27,420 nt of DNA from NCBI GenBank assembly GCA_045837725.1, contig JBEWZL010000012.1:186001-213420 (forward strand), written 5' to 3'. Below the pieces are notes generated by a model. The model was not told the DNA's origin. It did no database searches and was given only the letters and a program-made list of their open reading frames with translations. The position numbers and the translations under genes are program-made. Origin of the DNA: Vermamoeba vermiformis (lineage: Eukaryota). Of the stretch, positions 10,271 through 22,718 are shown one piece after another. How positions within the stretch are numbered: the first letter of the stretch is position 1; every line of letters begins with the position of its first letter.

Positions 10271-12031
10271 TTACGCGGCGTAAGTAATCGGGAACCAGCC
10301 TCGCTGCCCATCCGTTCGCTTGCCCTCGTACCATTCTCCTTCTTCCGCGTATACTTCCATAGTTTCGCCAGCTATCAACGCAAATTTCTTAATTTAGTAA
10401 ATTCAGATCAAATCCGTTTAGCGGCCGGAAGTTTACCGACACGCAATTACCTTTAACGCTAATCTCTCCAATCTGCTCTGCATCGAAATCATATTGCAAG
10501 GTGACCTTTTTCAGCAAAGGACAATGAATATGCTGACTTTCGTAGCGATCTGTAGGAAGCGGATGTAATGCAGACAAACTCGCTTTAAAAATAAATGGGT
10601 TAGTGCCACGAGCGCGCAATTCATATTGCCAAGCGGATCGAAGGTTATACGAGTATACCACCATCAAAATGGTAGCCATGAATTTCCGATTTACAAATCC
10701 GGATTTGTTGATCGAGCAACAGCTACAGCTGTTAAAGCAGGAGGCAATAGAAGAATGATGCGTAATATGATAGTGAAATGAGAAACATGACGTAACTATT
10801 GTAAATTTTCGTTGTGAGTCACAAAAAACTAAAAATACCTGTATCGGATGTTGCGGGTACCTGGCAACAAGTCAAAAATCATTAATTTTGACAGCAGGAT
10901 CATTATTACGACTTACCGATAGCACCAATTGCATTCTTATAAGAATCTCGCCAGAAATCTCGTCTTTTGCAGATCGCTTTTGCAAGGGAAACCTGAGAAC
11001 AAAATTAATAGCTTGATCCGATCCGAAAATGCATTCAAAACGAGGTCAATCAAAAAGAATCAAGAGTATATGCGATATCGATATGTAGGAGGTGTTCCGA
11101 TGGTCTATAAACCATTACTAATCTGGGTAAACCTCGGACTTTACTCGGTCCAAAAAATTTACGGCCGCAATTTACGGCTCCTTTTCTCTAGATTGGATTT
11201 CCTTTGGTTTTCTGCCTCAAAATGTGGTGACACCAAGGATGGCAAAATATCAATTAGTATATTGAACAGTTCGCGTACCATTTTTCTTGCGGTCCTTGGA
11301 ATACTTTATGCAGATCCTCCTTTGCGATGAAAAATTGACCCATAAAATCACGTCCGTGATGATCCCAATCCATACAAACGCATTCAATAGGAGCGTCCAA
11401 AGATAGGTCACTATCATAGGAGTTGGTTAGATTCGGAGTTAATTTACAGGTGCTTTTAATAGTTTCGAATTCCAGATTTACTCTTGTTTATTGCACTGAC
11501 TTGAATTTCTTGCGATTATTTGATTGCATATAAGTTGCATATGGTATTATACTAATTTGAAGCGATTTTGAATCGCTAAACTTAGAAGCGTTATTTATAA
11601 TTACTCGAGCTTCGAATAGGATTTTTCCGGACGTCAAAGGCTTAAATCGTTATTTAATACCATAAAGTGATATTAATAGATGTGACCCTATTGAATATTG
11701 CAATATTGACTTACTTGAAGATGAAGGTCTCGTTCCACTCCGGATTCTGCTCGAAATATTAATTCAATCCACAAGAAAATTTAAAATCGGGTAATTTACA
11801 TCTATTATATTACATTTATATACGCACCAAATTTTGCAATATTTTCTTCGTCTTCTTTTTCTTGTTGCCGGCTGAAATCTTAAGATACGGATCTGATAAG
11901 CCGGTTCTGTCCTTTGGTGCAAGATTTCGTCCTTTAACGACTGCATATGGATGTGTTATATTATGTACTAATTACACATATTTTTGTTTTTCCAAGTGCT
12001 TGCCTGTTAATTGTACATCCGCTCGACTCAT
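10271..12031 (-). CDS. C2 domain + SH3 domain protein (~200 aa, 8 exons)
   Basis: Exons 12031-12004, 11940-11828, 11746-11715, 11410-11279, 10992-10917, 10860-10839, 10549-10451, 10371-10271. C2: VQLTVVKGRNLAPKDRTGLSDPY...KTKKILQNLNPEWNETF...MDWDHHGRDFMGQ...WFPLQKR. SH3: LQYDFDAEQIGEISVKAGE...GEWYEG...QRGWFPITY. Confidence 0.9.
11941..12003 (-). other. Non-canonical GC-AG intron (intron 1 of the C2-SH3 gene)
   Basis: Donor ACAG|GCAAGC and acceptor TGCAG. Splicing here restores C2 beta-strand 1 (MSRADVQLT-V-VKGRNL), and I found no in-phase GT donor that does so. Confidence 0.75.
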
Positions 12032-13117
12032 TCTCTTCACGAAAGTTAAATCAATTCAATGTTTGGATCAATGCTGTAGTGCTATATTATAGCTTAATAT
12101 TGAGGGTAATAATTCTAAAAGTAACCGCCGATTTGTTTCCTGTTCCTTCGTGGTGCAAAAAATAATGTTTGAAATCCGATCCGGTTTCATTAACGTCTGT
12201 CTCACAAAGATTAACGAATATTAATATTTATTACAGTGTATGATATAGATTTTTACAAAATCGACAATTAAGTCGCAATAAATAAGGTTGTTGTTAGATG
12301 TCGCTTTGACTTCGTAACTGAAAAAAATATTGCAATGAAAACTCTCCTAATGCTAAACAGACAGAAATTATAGGTATTCTATACTAGTATAGGGCATATC
12401 AACTACTATCGGACGTTTTCTCCGTATTCTTCGCTGGAATCCATTGGCAAATCCAGTTGATCTATTGATTGAGTACTAAGCTTCCAATTATCGGCATCTT
12501 TGCTACTTCGAGAAGTCTTCTTAGCCCTAAATACAATTAATGTTATTAAAGGCATACGAATGCATGCGGAAGTTAAAGTACGCAATTCACCGCAAGATCA
12601 GATCTTTTTTGGAGCTAAATTTAGAGCACAAAATCTCTTGGCTGCATGTTTCTTTAGCTCCCAGGTCACATATTAATAGTATAAGGCATCGAAATGATCA
12701 TTAGGGCTGCTGACCGGATCCGTTACAAATTTCGGAAATATAAGGTTAATTTTAGCCTTACGCCACACAACACAAAAAATCTGCCAAAAATATTGATTGA
12801 TTGTGCTTAATCGGTGGAACAAAGGGGCTACTTTCATATCATAATTGAAAGTATTAGCGTTAATGCTTGGGAATTGAAAATATTAAATCGACGACTATCG
12901 AATACTAGCGATGACGATATACATATTTAAACATATATAAATCGACAGTTTCAAATCTTTTTCTTATTTTGTTCATGCCAAAAAAACAAAAACAGCCAAC
13001 AAAATCTCCCAACTTGCCAGATCTGCAACACGTATAAACTCTCACTAACGATAATTATAGAAATAATTGCGAAACACGGGATTATGATATATGCATTATA
13101 GACGCCGGCTACTAGAC

Positions 13118-16100
13118 TTACGTGTTGTTCTGAGAGTTGTCGCCCTTTGGAGTGTTCGGAGCCGAGTTGTTAAACTGTGACATTTGATGCAGATCCACTC
13201 CACTCAAATATATCGTTGTGGTCCTATTCGACGCTGTATCATCGCTCTCGTGATAAAAACTGTTGCTGTCGCTAAAATCATCGTCTTCGCCGCCATTGCT
13301 CGTCATACTCGTCATCGAATCTTTCTTGCGCAGTGACCGGTCTTCACGAGGACTATAATTGTTGTAATTGGTATTGTTGTTCAGTTGTTGCTGTTGTTGT
13401 GACCTTTGAATAGTTTGGACCCATAATTGAATGCCTGTATGGACGGCCTGGTCGTACAAAGTGGTGGATGTGGGATCCGCGTTCGTATTGTTGCTTAAGC
13501 TCGCAGTAACATTTCGTGATAATGTTTCTAATTGAGCATATTGAGGCTTCAAGCAAATTTGATTGTTTTGCTCCATGATGAACGACTTGATGTGTTCATG
13601 AATGTACCTTCCTAATAAGGTAAACGCGTCGAACAATCCTAATCGAGCGTTCATATCATTCAATGCAGACTGTGGGTTCGTATGTGCCGTGAGTGTCATA
13701 GTGTCGTAATTCAACTGCGCAAATGTCACTAGAACATCGTCCTCGTGGAACATGGACACGAGGGGCTCGACCATTTGACGAATTTTCTGCTTCAAGTTGA
13801 ACACGTTCACGTGATAGGTCGGGCCTCCAGTGGTCAGAGAGCCGGGCGTGATGCCTGGACCTCCTCGTGGCGACTGTGCGGGTGATGCAGAGACCGCGCT
13901 GGTCGGTGTAAGTGGTGCTGCTTGATCACCTGACAGCGCGACATTGACGATGCGTGACACGAAGAAGTCACGTGCCTTTTGTTTCTCGACCATTATAGCG
14001 TCGCGTGCCAGTGTTTCTATAACAAAGACGTCAGTCTCAAGCTATCTCCAGACCCGTGAAATTTCACGTACCTAATTTCTGTGGCTCGTACTCCAAGAAC
14101 TGTTGCACATTGCAGGCACGCTTTGAGGTCTCGTTGTAAAAATCTTTAATCAGCTTCAAGTGCTGCAGCTCTGTTTGTGCGCGATCCATTTGTCTGAACA
14201 ACATGTCTTTGGCCCGTTCTTTTCGTTGAGCGTGATCTTTCTTGCGCAGCTTGTCCAACTCGTTCTTTAATATTTCGGGTGTTAAGGGGCCTATAATCAA
14301 GTTGCGGAGTTGAGTTTAAACGTCAACATGTCAAATGTATATTCGCGTTTTTGAATCATTTTACCTTGCCATTGAAGTAGATCAGCCAAAACACTAGCAG
14401 GCACGACACTAAGGATATTTTGTGCTAAAAGTATACCAGGATTAATATCATAAGTATAACTCACATCGTTATCATAACACAGAAAAAACACCGTATTTTC
14501 GTATGGATCTGCCACAGTAAATTACATACCCATTGAATCATTAATAGGGAAGTCGTCGTCTAATATGATCATGATTGTTTTGTACGGGTTAATTCTAGAA
14601 GCTTCATATTGCGGGATTTTGTTATTCGCATAATTTTTAGCAATCTCTACGAACTTCTTTTCCTCTGTTCACGAACGACGATAATTAATCAAATCTGAAG
14701 AAACAATACGATATGATAATAGGCGAGGGCCTTAATAGTCTCATACCTTTCTTTAGTCGCACACGTTCCATGCCGTCCATCTTGAACGTCTCCCAATCGA
14801 ACTCGCCCAAAAATTTGTACAAGAACGTGTATTTCAATACGGGATTGTAGAACAGTGCGTACCTATTATACGTTATTAGTACATGTATATGAATATGGTT
14901 TCGTATAATAGGGATAATTAGGTACCTAAAGTAAGCTTCCATAATGTGCTTGCGTTCCACGGGGAACGAGAACTTTTTGTTCAACGTGATCTTATTGAAT
15001 AGATCGCGATAGACCAGTTCTTGATCATATAACTCGCGAACCATATTGCTGTAGAAATAGGACTTAGTTAAGACTTCACTACGGACGAGCGGATCTAGTC
15101 AAAGTAGTTACCTTTCACGTGCTTTTTGATTGTCACCTTCTTCTCGCGATAACCTTTCTAAGAATGCTATGAGTTCTTGATTAGGTTTCTTATTCTGTCG
15201 TGCATAATCTAACGCCGTCCAGCCATGATTATCCTTTGGCAGATGTATCAGTAACAACTTTTTTACGAAGTTTTTTTAAATCAGATCACGCGTACCTTGA
15301 TCGTAACAAATGGCGGGAAATAGCCCTTGCTATAGATTAAGAGCTCTATAATATCCATACGGCCAGTTTTAGCTGTAAAAGAATAAAATTAGTACTAAAT
15401 CGGAGATTTCGGGTGTAAAATCTTTGTGTGGAGAATTACCTGCAAAATGCAATGATGTGGCACCAGATTCATCGCGGTCTTTAATATCAAAGCCCTTTTC
15501 AATGCATTTTTTGACCTTTTTGATCTGTTCTTTTTGAATTGCGTGAATCAACTTGATATTGTGCACATTTTTCACTTCACGTTTTCGTTGTTCCAACAAC
15601 TTTTCTAACATCTATTGATTTGCAATATTATAGTTAGCTCAATATAATATAACCTTACTACTATCTTACCTCGCGCTCGCTTTGCAGTTTCGCTTGTTCT
15701 TGCTGCATTATTTCTTCCTTGAGTACCACTTGTTGGATGCGTTGTTCGAGCTCCTCTCGGTCTTTCTGTAATATAGGAATATTAATACCGATACTAATCA
15801 TGATTCGTAGGTCTCGGCTCAACAACATTTAAGGCATTTTCGATCGACTTACTGATAATTTCTCGGTCAATTCGCTCGTCCTTTCGAGCAGTTCGAGTTG
15901 TTGTTTTTCCAACACTTGTTTGTCTTCGTCAATTTCTCGCAACTGTCTCTTCAGGTCCTATAAGCACCACATTAGTACTGCTTATTATAAAGTCACAATA
16001 CACGCGAGTTTTCGTACTTCGATCTGTCGCAATATTGCGGCGCTTTCAAGTTGTTGCTTGTCAGCCATGTCACGCAACTTGAGTTCTTGTTGCATGACAG

Positions 16101-19100
16101 CTGCTTCGCGGTCAGCAAGCTCGCTTTCACGCTTCAACAACGTCAGTTTTTGTTCGGTAAGTCCTGCTAGTTCGTGGCTCCAATCAACCAACAATTTTTC
16201 ACGGGGAGTCGAGGCCTTCATCATCGCCAAATGTGACTCGAGCGCACTGTCGCTACTAAGGCTAGTGACAGTATTACCATGGCTATTGCTAGTCCGTGGA
16301 GACTTTCGAAGCTTTGGATCTTGCTTCCGCTCCGCTTGTTTCTGTTCGAACTCACGCCAAAACTCTAACGGCCTTAGACTCGAGGACCGTTCAATCCTAA
16401 ACAAAAAAAGTACAATCGATTAAATGGTGTCACGCGTTGTGAATTGGATCACAGATGATACGCACTTGGGTTTTTTCGTGGGAATGGCAGGCAAACTTTT
16501 CTTAGGAGGACGTCGTTTTGTCATTTCAGAAGCAGGTCCGTCGCGTTCTATAATAAAAATTAATATTGTAAGTTCGTGCTAGCAATTCAATTGAATCTCG
16601 TAACAAAAAATATACGGATAAAGTTTTGCAGAAATGCAACGAAAGGACAAAATAACAAAAATACTAAATAATTAGCGTAATTATATCATAAAATAATGTT
16701 ATATTATTAAGCTGGTCATTTGTGCGGGTGTACCTGGAGATTGCGGCGGAGATCTAGGTGAAGTTCGCATCACGATGCTGCTTTGGGGACCAGCATTCAC
16801 GGTGCTATTAATATCACGAGGAGAGCCCGGCTTCTTCTTCATGTTTTCAATGAGTTTGTTCATGGCAATCACTTTGTTCATTTCTTCTTGCAGCTCAGTT
16901 CGGTACTTGGCCACGACGACTTTATTGTTCTCTCGTTCGTGGTATAACTGCTGCGTCAATAGCCTTATCTGGTGCACCAAATCTGCTTTGCCCACGTGCT
17001 CCATAGCTTCTTCTTGCACTAGAAAAATAGAACCAGTTCAGATCAGATCCGCTCACGCACTAACGTTGCATTATACTGTCAGTTAATATATTAAGCGTAC
17101 CTTCAGGGACAGTCAAATCTTTATCCGTAGACATAGGTCCATTCGATGATCCGTTGCTCGTGGGACCTTCTGTTGGTTCAGGATTGACGTTATTGTTTTG
17201 CAGATCTACTGACCCGTGCCCGTCTGGACCTAACGCAGCGGGATCTCCAATGCCTAAATATCATTGGTCAATTCCAGATAAAATAGCACGAAGCGGTAAC
17301 AATCTAGATTAAACTAAGAATGCCAGATCTGTCGAAGTACGTGTAACGATCACGCGGATCGTCCATAAAAATTGTATTATTAGCGTTTGGTTGCAATACT
17401 TACCAGTAATGAAATAAACTCGGTCAGTTGGCATGCTCTCCAAGGTCACGGAGTTCTTGCCACCGAACAACACGATGCGTGTGCCGAACACAGAAGCGGT
17501 GTGACCGAAGTAGCTGAATGATCGTACATTCGTGGGTCCCGAGGTCGATCGAATCCTCCTAGTTTTCCAACTCAGGTCCTCTATATAAGCGCAGAGTAGT
17601 TAGGTAAAGGTAAGGTGGATCCACCGATAGAATTATCGTACCGCAGTCTAGAACATATATCCTGTCTTCATCTGTCATGCCATCTTCTAGCACTCCACCA
17701 GCAATAACAATTTTGTTACCGCCCACAGTTGCTGCAGTGTGCCATGCACGTGGCGGGGGTGGTGTTCCGAGCATTTGTGTTCGTTGCATTGTATTTGCAT
17801 CTGTTACGATAATAGTATTAACAATAGGTAATATAATTCGGAGGTGGCGGGTATGATACTAAACTGTTATTATTAGTCTTTAAAAATACGTACCAGTGTC
17901 AAAAATGTACACGTCATTGAACAGGTTTCGTTCTTTTTCACCGCCAAAGAAAACAATTCTTCGATCTACTAACGACGCAGAATGTCCTCTACGGTCATGC
18001 GGAACATCTCCGTTGAACGGTAACTTGCTCCAAATCTTCTTTGCTGTTCGAATTTAAAATTAAGTAAACGGCTCTAAAAATAGGCGGTAAAATTTTCTTT
18101 TGATAAAAAAGGCATCGTTAGCTGTACAGATGCAATTACAATGCTATATCGATATAAAAACCACGATGGATTAGCCGAACGAATAGTTTTTCCGCATTAC
18201 GTACCAATGTCGTACACGTGCATATCGTTGTAATAATATCCCGATCCAGTACCGCCAAAAATATACATCTTCTTGTTCAATAGTGTCGCAGTGTGGCCTG
18301 TTCTATAAGGCGCAGAACCTCTGAAGTTAGATTGCCTCCACTTCATTTTCTCTGGATCGACAAAGACCAGATCCGGATAAGTACTTTTTTCATCCAAAAT
18401 TACTCAATAGCGCTACGTACCGGTGTTTAATACATATAATTCATTCGTATCGGCCGATCCAGCTTTTGTTCCGCCAAAGACATATAATTTCCGCCCGACA
18501 ACTACGGCTGAATGACCGTAACGCGGCTAAGAAAAAAAAAATTAGGCTTGATTGAATGCTTAGGAAAAACGAGCATTTAAGAATTTAAGAGTCTAGTATG
18601 ATTATATGCGAGTATAAGCTGATTAAAGATTCTAAATGCTAGTTGGCTACATATTTCCTTTTAAGGCGCATTTTCGGCGTTAATTAATGTTAAAGTTAAG
18701 TGTGATACGCTTTATCCCGCTACTAACCTTAGGAACGCTGCCCGTAGTGTTACATTGCACCCATTTCATCGACCCTAAATAAAAATGAGATAAATATTCA
18801 ATTTCGAGCGGATCCGCATAAAATGAGCTTTAAATGGATACAAATTTAAAAATAAAAGCTAAATTAGCATGACGAAATAAAGAATGGCCATATATGTTCG
18901 AATATAGGCCAATAGCAAATGTTAGAAATAGCATATCAATTTGATTTTGTAACAAACTCTAAAAGATTTTGCTGGAATATGTCATGTGAAGTGACTATGG
19001 AAAAATAAATAACTAAATAAATAATAAATAACGTTAGCATTGGGGTCAATTAGCTTGTGTTATGGATTTACGTTGTGAATCTGACATTTTAGATCTTTTA

Positions 19101-19636
19101 CCTGGATCGAACATATGAAGATCGCTAAACACTGTAAATTCATTTCTTCCTCCAAACACTAACATTGAGGCACCTACGACGCATGTTGAGTGCCAGTGAC
19201 GGTTAGCTGGGATCTGCAATTACGAAAAAATGATTATTAATTGCAATTTTAAAGCCGAATAGGATTAATTACGATACTATAATACATTTTAAATAGGAAA
19301 TAATTATAAATTAGAAAATAAATGGTATTCCATTGCAAAATAAAATATTATCAATATTTCCGTTTCAGATATTATTGAATCTCCCATTATCTCCCGAAGA
19401 CCTACTTCTCCATTAACTATTTCATATTTAATCTCGCATTTAGTAGATTCTCGTTTTTTGGCGGGACTGGAAGTGGCATTCAGATCTCGAATGACTTTAT
19501 CCTCGTCCTCGGAATTAGAACTACTCTTTTCTATAATATGCTCTTCAATGACTTCATCTTCTCCGTCTTTTTTCTTCTTATTGACAAGCCGCAGACTCTT
19601 TAGAGAATCCAAACGCTTGCGAATGGATTGCGACAT
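13118..19636 (-). CDS. Six-bladed Kelch repeat + coiled-coil + ankyrin repeat protein with uncharacterised C-terminal region (~1383 aa, 23 exons)
   Basis: Exons 19636-19406, 19213-19102, 18774-18728, 18526-18421, 18351-18205, 18043-17894, 17800-17642, 17580-17404, 17253-17101, 17018-16734, 16547-16466, 16396-16018, 15957-15853, 15765-15670, 15611-15440, 15372-15296, 15233-15112, 15048-14926, 14862-14747, 14664-14530, 14424-14365, 14290-14072, 14016-13118 stay in frame. Six H[ST]..GG Kelch blades (e.g. PRYGHSAVVVGRKLYVFGG), E/Q/K-rich heptads, and ankyrins GATSLHFAAKTGRMDIIELLI and GWTALDYA. Confidence 0.8.
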
Positions 19637-20134
19637 CTAGGAATTGTTCGTTTGGCTATTCTATAATATTACCGCATATAAATCTATCATTTTAATGTAT
19701 TGTTGCAGCCTGGGCTGAAGAGAACAAAAAAGACTTCGTAATTGAACGTGTGCACAAAATGTCGAACACAAAAATAAGATTCCATCTACTCAATAATCCA
19801 AACGATTACTGACTATAGTAGGTCATCCTTTAAACTGTTGCTTAACCGTATTTCTCGGGTTTCTCTCGAGCAGTGGATCCGCTCCTGGCGATTTTAATGC
19901 CTAATTTTGGAAACAACTCGGAGCTGGCCCGATAGCACCTACAGCTGTGCAAACTATATATTAAGGAATAGCAGTCCATATTTAGTCGTATGAGTTTGAA
20001 TTATTGTTTACCATTCCAACAAAATCTTTTGATATTCATTGTAAAAATCAAATCTAGCCCAACAACCGTTTGAAATTCCAATGTAAATGAATTCATTCGT
20101 TTAATCATTAGGTTTATTATACATGTTATAGTTT

Positions 20135-22678
20135 TCAATTTGTTATTGTTTGCACGCGTCGCAAAAACTTTCTCGCCCAGATGCTGTACAAAACTGCGCC
20201 GCATGCAACTGAACCCACTGAAGTCAATACCAAATAGACGTAGTCTTCAGGGTCACTAGAAATGAAACAATTAATAAATAACCGAAGAAAATGCGTCTCT
20301 CGTGTAACGATCGGATTGCGTCTCTAAAGAACATAGTAGAGCAGTTCTAAAGAGATCTAAACCGATAATTTGTATAATATGAGGATATGTGTACTTCGTA
20401 AAATTATTAGATAAGAGCTATATAGTTTTCTAATAAAGATCTTTTTCGGTACACAGCGAGATCGAGTGAGATCGATTTACATACCTTGCTATAATACCCA
20501 ATGCATAGCTCATCAATGCAAACACATTCGTGAGCGAGTATTCAACCGAATTAACGACGCCTCGCTCTTCTTCTCGAACATGAAGTTGCATCATCTGCGT
20601 TTCAATTAAATCGAACGACCACAAAGGCGCCTATGTAAATGACCTTATTAATACAATACATGGCACCGCAAGTTAGACTAGCTTAAATAATAATTCCAAA
20701 GTTCACAAACGAGATTCAGGGAAGTGTGGATCGACTCCATGAATCCGGATAAAATATTTGATTTGTAAGTTACTTGATAAAGAATATGACGTACCCTAGA
20801 CAGAATGATCGGTACCAAGAAGAACCAGACGTTGATATCGAAGTAGAAGTAGGGAACAGCACCTGCGATCAGTACGAGCTGGAACCAAATTGAATAAAGA
20901 CCCGTAATTTCCAATCCAAACTATAAATGCACCATCAGTACCCCAAATACATGTTTGTAGTACAGATGCTAATTGATTTAGCTGAACGAAACGCAAACTC
21001 GAGCTCCATCCGCAACCAGTAATTCCATTTCTTCGTTATATAACTTGACGTACCTTAGATATGAGCCACGGAGTCAAAAATGTAGCAGTAATACCAAAAG
21101 TCGAAGCTAGAGCTTGAAATACACCGACTTCAATGCTCGAAACATCGCGTGTACCCAAGTACGCTAACGAAAAACAGATCAGCTAAAGAACTTTAAATTG
21201 CACATAGTATGAAAGCATATACGCTGTTATAACGATTTGTAGTATTAAGTTGATTTTTGAAAGGATCCAAATTTTTCTCAGATCGTGTAACGGACAGATG
21301 TAGGATTGGGTTGTTGTATAGAAGTTCAATAAATACGTACCTGTCATTAATGAGCCAGGGCTAAGCACAGTCAAGTACAGGAACACATAAGCAAAGCTGC
21401 CTAAGAATACTGACTGCGCGAAGTACAACTTCCAGCCCTTGAAAATCATCAACAGTTGATTAGGCTTGCGCTTAGGTGGATCAGGTGGCGGCGGGGCTTG
21501 AATTTCATCGGAGTTCACGTCGAGTTGTGGATTTGGTGCTGCTGCGTGGTTTGTGCTCGGGATCTCTTCATCTTCTACATTTTCTTCGTAAAATCCTCCT
21601 TTAGGCATTGCTAATTGCGGTACCTCTCGATAAATGAAATGGTACATAGTCATTTCTATGAATAAATACGATTAGTAAGCGTTTCTGGCAGTTCCTTGCT
21701 TTAACCGATCCTCGATCTACTACATAAAGCTGAATTCAAACAGCTCAATATGTATATTAGCGAATAATATATATGAGATATGTTGCGCTTAACATTCAAT
21801 ATGAGCGCATTGTATAAAGTGCAAGGTACATCCGCCGAAGCGTGTACTGGCTTGAATAAGACTTACCAGGAAAGAACGAGCATATATTCCATGCAGATAC
21901 AAATATGAGCGAGACATACACCCCTGCAAACTGCAACAATGCGCTGAATACTACTGGCGTAAACACTTTACAAAACAAGTCGATCCGACGCACGTTGGCA
22001 TTAGTCTCTGTAATAATATTACGTTAAGATTATATTGTAATGGAGACTATAATATGAGTAATATTAGTATTAATTTAACGAAGGCGTACCTGATAATCGT
22101 TTTTCAGCCGCTGGATGTGTTTTACATAACACGATCGTCCAATCTTTCGCAATTGAAATCTAGGAATATAATATTAATATTGTACTAATATATTATCCTA
22201 TCAATGCTTACACTTGTAGCCATTGAAGCTACGGCTGATGTTGCAGAAAAAACATTGAGTGCGATGAATAATAGGATAAAACCAGCCGATTTAGGGGGCA
22301 GATCCTATACGGAAATAAGAGGTTATTATGATTATACTTTATTATGATAATAGACACTACTTACGTTATCAGCCGGAAAAAAGCGAAAAATTAATATTAA
22401 CAATACAAAACTGATTATTACAGAAGTGTTCTGCGATACCAATGATATTCTAATCACTATAATATGACAATATGAGTCATATAATACCAATATAGACCAT
22501 ATCTAGTGTTGTACGCACCTTTCAATCGGTTGTATTTATCGATCCAGTAGCCGACGGCAGATCCAGTCAGAATTACTGCTAGCGTCGCTACAAATGATAG
22601 TATACTAGGCAATAATAAAGAGCCACGATACAGTTCTGAGAATAGAAGCGGCACTGAGAACGTCCACATTTTTTTTTT

Positions 22679-22718
<40 letters not shown>

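Noticed and set aside
10693-10708. 16-bp perfect palindrome ACAAATCCGGATTTGT in an intron
   Set aside because: Single isolated occurrence with no flanking element structure.
12407-12680. Possible two-exon minus-strand reading (…KDLILR|AKKTSRSSKDADNWKLS…ENVR*)
   Set aside because: No in-frame start or upstream acceptor was found and there is no domain signal. It may be UTR or intergenic.
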